Shown here in pieces: positions 24,016 through 36,507 of a stretch of 64,000 bases of DNA. A program made the translations under genes and the position numbers. This DNA is from Octopus sinensis (Eukaryota). The stretch lies in assembly GCF_006345805.1 (NCBI RefSeq), contig NC_043006.1:72602001-72666000 (forward strand). The letters run 5' to 3'. Within the stretch, counting starts at the first letter, position 1, and each line of letters starts with the position of its first letter. The notes beneath the pieces were generated by a model that saw only the letters and a program-made list of their open reading frames with translations, was not told where the DNA came from and searched no databases.

Positions 24016-24392
24016 GGAGGCGCAATGGCCCAGTGGTTAGGGCAGTGACTCGTGGTCGTAGGATTGCAGTTTTGATTCCCAGACTGGACGTTGTGAGTGT
24101 TTGCTGAGCGAAAACACCTAAAACTCCATGAGACTCCGGTAGGGGGTGGTGGCCAACTCTGCTGTATTCTTTCACCACAACTTTCTCTCACTCTTTCTTC
24201 CTGTTTCTGTTGTACCTGGATTTCAAAGGGCCACACCTGTCACACTCTGTGTCACGCTGAATCTCCCCAAGAATTATGTTAAGGGTACACGTGTCTATGG
24301 AATGCTCAGCCACTTGCACGTTAATTTCATGAGCAGGCTGTTCTGTTGATTGGATCAACTGGAACCCTTGTCGTTGTAACTGACAGAGTGCC
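24016..24392 (+). mobile_element. tRNA-headed SINE family B, tail variant 2
   Basis: Same head as 20385-20772 but with tail ...caaagggcc...gagcaggctgttc...gacagagtgcc. A tail-only copy is at ~59855-60030. Confidence 0.8.
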
Positions 24393-27022
24393 ATGATATA
24401 TATATATATATATACACACAATGGGTTTCTTATAGTTTCTGTCTATCAAATTCATTCTAAAGGTGTGACGGTGGGACTGAACCCAAGACCATATGGTTGG
24501 AAAGAAAGCTTCTATGCATATGGGGTACAATCCTACAAAGTCATGCTATGAACTTCTCTACAATATCTGTCTACCAAATGCATCTTTTATGCCATCAAAT
24601 ATAGTAATTTGTTTATAATTACTTCATGCAATTAGCATGTTTGTGATTATCTATGAAGAAAAGTAATAATTTTAAAGTATAAATAAACTGTTTTGTATGA
24701 CTGCAAATGCTCTTGCTATAAATTAGTGCATCACAGACAGAATACAGTTATATTTTGGGTGAAAGCATGATACAATCTCACAAAACCATGCTTTGAATTT
24801 GTCTATAATATATGTCCACCAAATTCCATTCACAATGTATTGGTCAGCCAAAGGTTCCATGCAGTGAGATTGAATAAAGAACTATGCAGTTGTGAAGCAA
24901 TATTTTTAATGACACAACCATGCCTGTGAAAAACTTAGTACTTTTTTACATATCAAATTGCTTTCTTACAAGAAAAATACACAAAACAACCTGTTTTGCA
25001 TTGAATAGGTGAATGCCCTGTTTATAACAAAAAAAAAAGAAGATTAATATGTTAAAGTGAAGTGAAGAATCAATAGACATGTCACAAGTACAACAAAGGA
25101 CTTTGGGAAGTAATAATATATAGCATTGTTAATAAAATGCTGCAAAAATACAGGTGTGTATGTTTTTCATAACAAAAATAAATTCAGTTCAGTAGTTTTC
25201 AAACTAAACTCATTGTTCCCTTTCACTAAATGTCATTTTATAAACACCTGTCTCATGTTTTGCAAGTAAATCAAATGCACATTTATTTAATCAAATATAA
25301 GCTATCAAATATATATAATGCACAGTGCATTATTATGCACATTTTCTTATTGTGACACACTTTAGATATTTGTGGGAACTAGTACTTGCCATGCTAAATT
25401 TTTGATAGATATTACTGAAGAAGGCAAAGACTTATATAAGGAAATTATTTAGGAATTCATGACTCATAAGGCTTATTTCTACTCACTGATAAAATAGTGT
25501 CCTATTTGTATTCACTTTCCAACAAAAATTTATTTGAAAATATTGCATTATACCTAGCTTAAATGTTTTTTTTTCTATGAAAAATCATGAACTTCAAAAT
25601 ACCCAGCACTCTCTTGTGAGTTTACAATGTTTGTAGATTAAAAAAACACTGCTCTACCATGATATAGCTGTTTTAGTTTCTGCCCACAATCTCAGATAAA
25701 GTTACCATCTAAACAAGCACAACTAAAGACTGTTTCAAATACTTCAGTTAAACTACAAAGACTCAGAAAGATGTTATTAAAAAAAAAAAAACATCTCTAC
25801 CACCAGCACCATCTTCATTTTTTTATTTTTCCATTTCATCATTTTAACATTTTCATGTTCACATGGGTTGGACAGAATATGTTGAGGTGAATTTTCTATG
25901 GCAGGATATCATTCCTGTTGCCAACCCTCATCAGCTTCCAAATAAGGTAATATTTCTCCATCACCAGATATGTTTACACAGAAGATTGTATGTCTTTATG
26001 TTCTGAGTTCAAATTCTGCCAAGGTTGACTTTGCCTTTCATCCTTTCATGGTTGATAAATTAAGTACCAGTTGTATACTGGGATCAGTCTAATCGACTGG
26101 CCCCCTCCCTCAAAATTTCGGGTTTTATGCCTAGAGTAGAAAAGAATATTTGTTCTGACTTTCTGCACTCTGAGATCAAATTCCACAGAGGTCAATTTTG
26201 CCTTTCATCCTTTAAGGAATCAATAAAAAAAGTACCAATTTAAGGCAATGGACTGAAGATTTATAAGAATATCAAATCAGTGCAGTATTTGTCTTGACTC
26301 TGTGCATTCATAGTCAAATTCTGCTGAGGTACCTGAAATGCTCTCTTGCTGACATTCAGGTAAGTAAAACAAATTCTAGAAACAAAGGTACACCCAGTAG
26401 ATGAAGTAAGGCAGGGTTAAGAGAAGGAGGCCTCCAGCTGGAGAGACATGTACCTTGGAGAATGAACAATTGAATAATAAGAAATATTGAGTTCAAATTT
26501 TGGCACAAGACCAGCAAATTTGGGAAGGGAATGTGTTGATTACATTGACCCTAGTGGTGAACTGGTGCTTATTTTATTAACCCCAAAAGGGTGAAAGGCA
26601 AAGTTGACCTCAGCAGAATTTGAACTCAGAATGTAAAAACCAATGAAATGTTGCTAAGTATTTTGCTTGTCATGCTAACAATTCTGCCAGCTTGTCACCT
26701 TATGAAAACCAAACAAAAAAAAAAAAAGACATTATTTTCATTTCCTAGCAAATATAGGAGATAACTCTGGACATGTTTTAACCTTATGTCCTCATCAACA
26801 AAACATAGTCATTGTATATGTCAGTGATGATTAGTGATGTAACTAGAGGGGATGCCACCTGGTAATGCTCCTAAGTTTGCTGCCCTCCCTCCCACACATC
26901 ATAAACAGGTTTATATAGCAGACCCAAATGTGGTGCTCCCATAAAAGCATCACTCAAGATGGACCTCTCCCATTACATCCTTCCACCCATGCTGCTGATG
27001 GTAATGAAAGAAACACCAAGTA

Positions 27023-27700
27023 ATCATCATCATCATTGTTTAATATCCGCTTTCCATGCTGGCATGGGTTGGATGGTTTGACTGTGCCAGTCTCAAATCT
27101 GATCTGGCAAGGTTTCTACAGCTGGATGCCCTTCCGAATGCCAACCCCTCTGAGAGTGTAGTGGGTGCTTTTTACATGCCACCAGCACAAGAGCCAGTCA
27201 GGCAGTACTGGCATCAACCAACTACGCTTGGATGGTGCTTTTTATGTGCCACCAGCATGGGAGCTAGTAAGGAGGCACTGGCAATGACCACGCTCAAATG
27301 GTGCTTTTTATGTGTTACCAGCACAGGAGCCAGTCAGGCAGCACTGGCAACAACCATGCTTTAATGGTGCTTTTTACATTCCACCGGCACCACAGGAGTC
27401 AGTCAGGCAGCACTGTCAACGACCACGCTCAAATGGTGATTTTTATGAGTCATTGACATGGGAGCTAGTCATGAGGCACTGGCAATGACCACTCTCGAAT
27501 GGTACTTTTTATGTGTTACCAGCACCGGAGTCAGTCAGGCAGCACTGGCAACGACCATGCTCAAATGGTGATTTTTATGAGTCACCAACATGGAAACCAG
27601 TTAGGTGGCATAGTCACCAACATGGAAACCAGTTAGGTGGCATTGGCAACGACTACGTACAAATGGTGCTTTTCACATGCCACCAGTATGGGACCAGTCC
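27023..27700 (-). mobile_element. Older RTE-3'UTR-derived element with degenerate ~60-bp units
   Basis: (CAT)n on the plus strand, tggatgcccttcc domain, and repeated gatggtgctttt..tgtgccaccagcac units. Confidence 0.75.
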
Positions 27701-28046
27701 TTTGAACAACAGGCATAAGGCCTGAAATTTTTGTGGAAGGGGTCAAGTTGATTACATCAACTGGTGCATATTTCATGAATCCTGAAAGAGATGAAAGACA
27801 AATTTGAACTTGATGAATTTGAACTCAACTCATAAAGATGGATAGAACAGCATTAAGTATTTTGTCTGGCACGTTAATGATTCTGCCAGCTTACCACCAT
27901 AAAACAACACATGTAAATGTACTTGAAGTAATACCAATAATGAGCTAATTATAAATGTACAATACTGGATATTGGTTTGTATAAGAAAATAGAATTATTC
28001 AGGGAATATATAATTCAAAGATGCTACTGTTTCAATGGCCCTTATA

Positions 28047-28274
28047 TTAACCCTTTTGATACCAACCCGGCCAAAACCGCCTCTGGCTCTGTAGTACAAA
28101 TGTCTTGTTTTCATAAGTATTGAATTAAAATCTTTCACCAAACCTTAGTCACAATTTATGTTCCTAACACTAGCTTAATGATAACTAAGTTCTTTTATTA
28201 AATTCTTTGTTATATTTAAAATTAATTGAATGAAACAGAGCATCTCAAAATAAATACGGTAACGAAAGGGTTAA
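28047..28274. mobile_element. piggyBac-type MITE, same family as 7305-7534
   Basis: TTAA|CCCTTTTGATACC ... GGTAACGAAAGGG|TTAA. Confidence 0.8.
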
Positions 28275-28444
28275 ATATGCTTACAATAACTTTATGTAGT
28301 TTGTGACTGTGTGGTAATAAGCTTGCTTCCCAACATGGTTCTGGGTTCAGTGCCTTCTACTATAGCCTTGGGCTAACCAGAGACTTGTGGGTGGATTCAG
28401 TAGACAGAAACTGAAAGAAGCATGTCATACATACACACATACAT

Positions 28445-29610
28445 AGGCGTAGGAGTGGCTGTGTGGAAAGTAACTTGCTTACGAACCACATGGTTCCGGG
28501 TTCAGTCCCACTGCGTGGCACCTTGGGCAAGTGTCTTCTACTATAGCCTCAGGCTGACCAAAGCCTTGTGAGTGGATTTGGTAGACGGAAACTAAAAGAA
28601 GCCCGTTGTGACTGAAGAATGAAGGCTCTGAATTACTGTCTGTTTTTCCGTGTTTGTCAATTCGTGAATTTCACGTTCTTTATATATAAGTTTTATTCTA
28701 TATTATCGCAGTGTACGTGCACCAATCCATTTATGTTTGTCATATCTCCACTATTGCACGATGTCTTCAACTTTAAACTTCCCCTTTATCATCCGCCATT
28801 GCTTCTTCAAGGTATTTTGGCGCCTCTTTACCAAGTTATTTTGGCGCCCCTTCCTCTCACCCTCTTTAATTCTTTCTTTCTCTCTCTCTCTTGGTCATTT
28901 CTCGGCCCTCCTCAATCCCCCCTCTCTCACCTTCTTGCAACCTGCTGCTGCTAAGCCATTCCACTGCTGACAGCCGCCTGTACAACACATGTCTCCTCTA
29001 CCGAAAAGGTAACCGCTTCCCACGCTTGCTGATCGATTGTTTTGTCTCATTTTGTCTCAAAGTCGTAAGACGCCCCCGTATCATTCCTGTTTTTATTCGT
29101 TACTGTTTCCAAGTTTATCTTCGTCTCTTGTTTTCCTATTCGTCTCGGTTGTCACATTCTTTCCTTCTACCAAGCAAATCTAATGCCCATAGCTTAGCTT
29201 TTCCTTGGGGCTGGCCTTTTCGGAGCAAATCTCAGAATTAAACAGCCGAAATTTGCCATGATGAATCGGTTTCTGACTGAAGAATGAAGGCTCTGAATTA
29301 CTGTCCGTTTTTCCGTGTTTGTCAATTCGTGAATTTCACGTTCTTTATATATAAGTTTTATTCTATATATATATATATATATGTATATGTATATGTATAT
29401 GTGTATGTATGTATGTATGTATGTATGTATGTATGTATGTATGTATGTGTGTGTATATGTTTGTGTGTCTGTGTTTGCCCCCACAACATCGCTTGGTGTG
29501 TTTACATCCCCTGTAACTTAGCGGTTTGTCAAAAGGGACCGATAGAATAAGTACTAGGCTTACAAAGGCGGTGCTCCAGCATGGCCACAGTCAAATGATT
29601 GAAACAAGTA
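28445..29610 (+). mobile_element. SINE family A interrupted at its central microsatellite by a 760-bp insert
   Basis: The head runs 28445-28608 (ggcgtaggagtggctgtgtgg...gaagcccgttg) and the 3' half resumes after ~29370. Confidence 0.8.
28609..29368 (+). mobile_element. 760-bp insert with 95-bp terminal direct repeats (partial tandem, period 665 bp), possibly PLE-derived
   Basis: 28609-28703 and 29274-29368 differ by one C/T at a CpG. The insert sits exactly where the host SINE's (TA)n begins. Confidence 0.75.
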
Positions 29611-31678
29611 AAGGAGTATACATACAAACAAAACCACCCTGTTGTTGATGTTGAAATTGCAATGAAAGAGCCTTGGATCTAGGTTAGAAACCAGTTCTTT
29701 CTTTATTGGTAAATCTTGAAATAAACTGAATAATGACATACATATATACATACTTACATACATACATATGAGGGTGCATGACCCAGTGGTTAAGGTGTTG
29801 CACTCATGATCTAGTGATCGTGATTTCAATTCCTAGACCAGGTGGTGCATTGTATTCTAGAGCAAAACATTATCTCACATTACTCTGTGATCACTTTTGA
29901 CACCTGACACGTGGTACACAGTGCACCTGTCCAGACAATGTTGATTTGATTGAGAGAGTGAGCTAATGTGCGGTAGTGGCACATACCGTGTCGGTGACAC
30001 GTAAAATCCACCAACCGATTGTGGGCATTGTCAGCCTCCCCTGGTACCTGTGCTGGTGGCACGCAAAAAGCACCCACTACACTCACGGAGTGGTTGGCAT
30101 TAGGAAGGGCATCAAGCTGTAGAAACACTGCCAGATCAGACTGGAGCCTGGTGCAGCCTCCTGGCTTCCCAGACCCCGGTCGAACCGTCCAACCCATGCT
30201 AGCATGGAAAACGGACGTTAAACGATGATGATGATGATGATGATGAAACAAATCATTTGTGCAGGTTATTCAGCAAAAGCTGAATGCTCATGCGTCATCT
30301 TTGATGGGAGAGTCCATCATCATCACATATATTTATGTGTATGTTTCTTTGTCCCCCACCACTTGACAACAGGTGTTGGAGTGTTTACATCCCCATAACT
30401 TAGCAGTTCGGCAAAGGAGATCAATAGAATGAGTACTAAGCTTTAGAAAAAGTAGTGGGGTCAATTTATTCAACTGAAAGTTCTTCAAGGTAGTGCCCCA
30501 GCATGGCCACAGTCAAATGACTGAAACAAGTAAAAGATCCTCTTGGAAGCAGAAACATATCTAAATATAAATCAATGTTTTCAGTGACTTCATGTTAATT
30601 ATATCCCAATTGAGCTCCTACAAACACTACCATTTGATATTCAATCAGTACATTGATAAAAAAAAGTAAAATAGACTGAAATTCACTTTGAAGAAAACTA
30701 AACTTTCAATCAATAAAAAAAAGACTTTAATTTATTTTAACAAATTCTGATTTGAGTTCACATTCCAATTTAATTTTTTTTTTTTTAGATTCAACATTTA
30801 TATTGGTTTATTAATACTTTTTTTAATTGATAAATATAAGAGAGATTGTAAAATCTTAAATTAAAATACATGTCCAACTTCAGAGTTCAGTATGACAGGT
30901 GAGTAAAGAGCAAAAAAACATGTTGTCTGTGTGTGTAACTGGGTTAGTGGAAGAATTCCCAGCTTTCACCTATGTGACCCTATTTCAATTCCCAACAAGA
31001 GAAAACAATTTCTTTTTATGTGCTGGACTGCCAGATTCAACACCATGTTATTTTGTCCATGGATTTCTTTAATAGTATCCACTGTTGCAAGTATAGGCAG
31101 AAACCCACAAGCTATGGTTTCATTTTCTGGTTCCTTTTTATCGCTTTCAGAGGCCATACAAAAAGATCTTAGGCACTGATCTTTCTCTTTTGAATAAGCC
31201 ATTAAAAAATGTGTGTGGGGGGTGTTTTAAGTCGAATTTTGTCTAGTATTTCGTCTTGGACAAGATGCCATGTGAGAAATAATAGCCAGATTTCCTCCAA
31301 AATTTGCCATCCACTGGCAAAGTAATAAAAAAAAACAACCAACAACAAAAGGGATGGTCAAAGATCGAACTCCATTGATTATAGGTCTGCTGTTCCATCA
31401 GGGGTGACCAAGAATCGAAACTATAACAACGAAATTATATTTAACAAGATTTCAGAAAATAATTCCCTTTTCTTGCTCGCGCTGAAAGCAAATTTTTGGC
31501 AGCTTAAAATTAACGATTTAAGTGCGTTAAAGGAATATTCTGCTGGTTAATTAATTCATTCATTAATTGTAGATTTCAAAACAAGTACGGAATTAACTGG
31601 GTGAGCCTTACGTTTTGCCTACAAGGCTACATTTTTGCGGGTGGATTCGTTCTTTAAACATAATCAAGTGGTTTAAAA

Positions 31679-32680
31679 CTAAGAATGGAAGAACTGTGCA
31701 AACCTATTCCACATTTTCTTCTTTTTGGTATTTACGAAGCATTCAATCAAGTCCACGTTATGTTTACCTTTGTTCTTCAGGCTAGTAAAATCGTAGTTTT
31801 CCCTTTTGAGTTTTGTTGAGATTCCACTCGAATTCCTGTTTCGGCCTATGCTATTGCCATTACCGAAACTATCAAGGGATTCTTCAGATATTATCAATTC
31901 GTCGTTTAATGAATTCGTTAAAGTAATTACTTTGTCATTGAATCTAACGGATTTGCTTGGAGTCAGAGCTTTCGCGTTACAATTTTTTAAAGAAGACTTC
32001 AATTTACATTTTGAAGCAAATGACACATTTATAGCTTTTTTCTGTTCTGTTACTTTAGAAGTAGATTCTTCAGAGCGACGAATATTAAAATAATTCCCAA
32101 TGTCAGTACTGCCATCATCACCATCGATTTTACGTATTCGACATGAACGACTGTTATATTGTTTTGGTGTCAATAAAGGTTTGTTTTCTTTTTCAGATAT
32201 TTCTTTTCTACTAGAAAGATACTTCTCCTTTTTATTCTGTTTCTTTGATACATTGCATGAAATTTGGTTACGCTTGCAAAGACCGGGAGAAGCAAATCGT
32301 ATATTCTGTTGATTGATTGACACTTCTTTCAAACCTATGGGAGACAAAGATATATTTTCCATACAAATATTTTTTCCATTTTCCACTGGAGTGCTGTTAA
32401 TACAGAGATTGTAAGAACAACTGACATTTTCTTCCGAAAAATCAGATAAGCTATTATTGACAACCACACCTTCCAGCTGAGGATGATTTTGTTTAGTTTG
32501 GCTCCCGTCATCTGTCTGCAAGGAGTTGACCGATAATTTACTGAAATTCCAAAATAAATTATTCTTTTTGTAGATATTAGTGTAACGATCACTTTGCTTA
32601 AGAACTGATTTGTGATTTTTAGCGGTACACGTTTTCAAACGAGCATATCTCCTTGCTATTTCTATGCTGAAATCCTCCAT
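31679..32680 (-). CDS. Intronless 333-aa S/K/N-rich, probably disordered protein of unknown family
   Basis: A 1002-nt open frame in AT-rich DNA, the longest in the window. It has a good Kozak context (GTC ATG G), an upstream in-frame TAG, retained CpG, and no TE or simple-repeat content. Possible polyA signals (AATAAA on minus) occur at ~30730-30810. I recognised no homologue. Confidence 0.7.
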   Translation of the reverse strand: MEDFSIEIARRYARLKTCTAKNHKSVLKQSDRYTNIYKKNNLFWNFSKLSVNSLQTDDGSQTKQNHPQLEGVVVNNSLSDFSEENVSCSYNLCINSTPVENGKNICMENISLSPIGLKEVSINQQNIRFASPGLCKRNQISCNVSKKQNKKEKYLSSRKEISEKENKPLLTPKQYNSRSCRIRKIDGDDGSTDIGNYFNIRRSEESTSKVTEQKKAINVSFASKCKLKSSLKNCNAKALTPSKSVRFNDKVITLTNSLNDELIISEESLDSFGNGNSIGRNRNSSGISTKLKRENYDFTSLKNKGKHNVDLIECFVNTKKKKMWNRFAQFFHS

Positions 32681-33406
32681 GACGTTCTAAGCCAATGCTA
32701 AGTTCACAGATTCTCTAAAGCATGTATATTAATTAAGATTCACACGCTGAATAAAGTTTTAACTGTGAAAATCCTTGCAATATTTGCTTCGTCCATCTAT
32801 CATCTTTCTTTTTTGTTAAAAAAAAAAGAGAGATTTGTTGAATAATATCAATAGATTCTTTTTTTCACATTCAAAATAACCGTTTCGTGAAGACGTATTG
32901 TATATAGACATTACAGAAACAAACCATGACGCAGGCGACAATTCCTCGTTATTTGAATTTCTGTTTCGTATTGTGTTATATCAAGTAAAATTCTTTTTGT
33001 TTTAATGTGTAGTAAAAGAAACCGCGAAGTCTTCAAAAAATTAGTGTAACTATTATAAATAAGGATTATCAGATTGACTACGCGATCTTATTATAGTGGT
33101 TCTTATACTAAAGACGAGACAATAGTGCAACCATTTGTGGCCAATATTCGGCAGTTAATAAAGGGGATTATGAATGAAAATTTTTTAGAATAAAAAAATA
33201 ATAACAAACACAGTTCCATATATTGAATGTAAACAGAACACGATAATATGTATATAGTTAGGTTATATTCTGTTAAGAGTGTAGTAGAGTATAATCTAAA
33301 ACTTGTCCATCTTCAGCTCTCATCCAGTGCTATCCAGCAGTAGTAATATATGTACTGCCAGATTTGCGTCGGAGCTTCTGTAGTGTGTGAATGGATAACT
33401 GAAGAA

Positions 33407-33760
33407 GTTGGAGTCAACAAGGAGTACAGTTGGACATTTATTTGTAATCACAACAATTGTTTCCATGCAGTGTAGTTTTCCAGGTTTGTAGATATTTGGT
33501 TACGCAACCGTTTCCCTGCATTATTAGATCTAGTGGTGCTTCCTCAGGTGATATAAATATTGGTTCCTTAACCTCAAATTCTCAGCTTCAAGCTCGTCTT
33601 TTCTGTCTATCGCAGCCCGAGGAAGCACAACTAGATCCCATAATGCAAGGAAACAGTTGCATAACCAAATACCTGCAAACCTGGAGAGCTACGGTGTGTG
33701 GAAACAATTGTAGTGATTACAAATAAATGTCCAACTGTACTCCTCTTTGTTGATTCTAAC
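33407..33760. repeat. Long inverted repeat (~143-bp arms, ~67-bp spacer)
   Basis: 33407-33548 is the reverse complement of 33616-33760 at roughly 85% identity by eye. Confidence 0.85.
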
Positions 33761-35362
33761 TTATTCAATTATATATATATTCTTTCTAACGCACAAGTGT
33801 GACTGAGTGGCAGGAAGCTTGCTTCCCAACGACATGGTTCCAGGTTCAATCCCACCGCATGGCACCTTGGGCAAGTGTCTTCTACTATAGCTTTGGCCAA
33901 CCAAAGTATTGTGAGTGGATTTGGTAGTTGGAAATTGAAAGAAGCCTGTCGTATATATATTATGTGTATGTATGTGTGTGTGTGTGCCTTTGTGTCTGTG
34001 TTTGCTCCCCACCCCACCCCAACTTGACTAAAATCCTTCAAGATTGCTGTACATCTCAGTTTAGCAACATTAACCTGTTTTCCCAGCCATTTTGAAATTC
34101 TGTCCTGGTATCTTGGAAATCTAGTAAACTTTATTTTTTTACTATTTTCCGCTGTTTAGTTTTTCTATACATCATGTAATATCTGCAATAGGAACCAGAC
34201 CAGGATTTAAAACCTTCTGATCACTCACACTCAAAAACTACAACATTCAGAATTCATCATCACTATCTAACATCCTCTTCCATTCTGGCATGGGTTGGAT
34301 GGTTTGATATGAGCTGGCAAGCCAGAGGGCTGTACAAAGCTCCACTGTCTATTTTGGCATAGTTTTTATGGCTGGATGCCCTTTCTAATGCCATATTGCC
34401 CCAACAACTGAAAAAGAGTATATATAGATGCCCACTGAAGAAAGAGGTGACACAAAGAAAAAGTTATTGATGGCAGAAAGTCTTCTTGAACTGAAAGAAT
34501 CAATATAGTTCTCTGAATTCTGGCTGTTAACATTAATAAATGCAAAATTTTGGGCCTTTAACAATTGTGAAAATGGGATGAATTAGAATTGTTGTTTATT
34601 TTTCAATTCATCATCTGTTTAGCTGTTACAAATTTGTGTGGAATGTAGCAATCCCAAGAAAAGAAAATAAAGTGATATATGAAAGTCCTGTTCATAGAGT
34701 AGGAACGTAGGTTAAGAGAGAAGTAAAAATATGCCTGTGAAAGGGATGAATGTATTAGTGTTTGTATAGACAGTCTTTTTTGCAACACAACATTTTGACA
34801 GTGGAGACTCTGCCAAATACAAGAATTTGCCAGCCATTATGTTTCACTGCTCACATCACTAAGCTCCTAACATCCATACTATCAGCCTGTCAAGCTTTGT
34901 CTTTTCAGATCTGGTCATGTTTTATATACTCCAGAACAAATCTAAGTGGACAGATCTGTGGTGACATCACTTGAAAATTTAGGACATGTTTACATGTCCT
35001 AAATTTCATTGGGCAGACTTTTGCTGAAATCATTACTCAATCTGCTAAAACACTAATTGTTGTTTAATAAAAATTTTTTCTTGAAAACAAAAAAGTTGAA
35101 CATTCAAATTATGCAGACTTGCTACAGGCCTTATGTAAGACATGTTTTCCATATGAGAAATGGAGACACAGGGCTTGGACAATTCAACTTGTACCACAGA
35201 CAATTCATTAAAACAAAAACAGCAAAATGTTACTATCTCTCTAACTCTCTTTATTTTTGGCTTTTATCTTTTACTCTAACTCAACTAAGCTTAGCTAGCC
35301 ACAAAAAGCTAGAGGAATTTTGACAAGTAAACTAAATTCTTCTTTTCCTTGATACTTGACAC

Positions 35363-35486
35363 GCACACACACACACACACACATACTCATACACATTACA
35401 CACACACAAACACTCATACATTCACACACATATACATATTCAGAAATACACACAAACAAACAAGTACACACACATTTACACACACA

Positions 35487-35547
<61 letters not shown>
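35363..35547. repeat. Degenerate (CA)n microsatellite
   Basis: Directly visible. Confidence 0.95.
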
Positions 35548-35550
<3 letters not shown>

Positions 35551-36507
35551 GCACATCAAAAGAAAGTATACCTTCTTTTCTATGAGTATTTGCTCTTTCT
35601 TGTTGTGTACACACACAGTTTTGTAAAAATAGACTTTAGGATTAAGTAACAAATTTTTTTTATAGCTTCATGAACAGACAATTTGATCTACAGATTTTTC
35701 TTGCTATGTTATTTACTATGCAAATATGTCATTGAGTTGACACATCTCAATTTTGCATGCCACTAAATAAATAAATTGCAATACTTATTTCATATTTCAC
35801 TTTACTTTGAAGTTTCCATATGCATTTTATTTTACTGTGACATTGATCCATTACCAAAAAATTGAATTTACCTTTACAATGCTGAAAAGATCATGTGTAC
35901 TGATAAAAGAATTTAAGAAGGATTAACCTTTTCTAAAATGTACCTTTGTGTAGACAGGATAACATGATCACTCTTTCACAAAGTTCTTTGTAGAATATGA
36001 AGATAGGTCAGATTTTAAAGACCTTTTGAGATTCCTAAGGCACAAAGAGAGTGTTGTTGTTAGTTGGTCATGATTTCAGACATTTTTTGAAGAGTCAGAA
36101 ATAATAAAATTAGATTTCTTCCTTGTTGCTAAAGAAACCGCTTTCACTTCGACATTAAGAAGGGCATCTAGTTGTAGAAACTATGCCAAAACAGAAAGCA
36201 GAACTTGGCACAGCCCACTAGTTTGCCAGCTCCTGTAAAACCATCCACCCATGCCAGGATGGAAGACGAACATTAAATGCTGCTGCTGATGATGATGTTG
36301 ATAATGATGGTGATATATTGAACAGGCAGCTTTGCAGTTTTATCTATTAAATTCTGCTTATAAGGTATTAGATTGCTCAAACTTATGGTAGAAGACATTT
36401 CCCCAAGGTACCATGCCATGCAATCAAATTCAGGACGAAGTAACCATGGGGTGAACTTATTAACCTCACAGCCCATGCTGGTAAGAAGATTTTCATGCTA
36501 GTTTCAC

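Noticed and set aside
24016-24090. tRNA-like sequences (also at 20700-20772, 28445-28520, 8295-8340 and 29770-29840)
   Set aside because: They are SINE heads continuous with SINE bodies and lack a proper acceptor stem, so they were not called tRNA genes.
26313-26365. Strong plus-strand donor CAG|GTAAGT, plus similar isolated sites at ~30898 and ~55566
   Set aside because: The upstream sequence is partly SINE-derived or gives no coherent reading frame or gene model.
31806-32592. Plus-strand ORFs overlapping the 333-aa ORF
   Set aside because: They are short antisense shadows of the long minus-strand frame.
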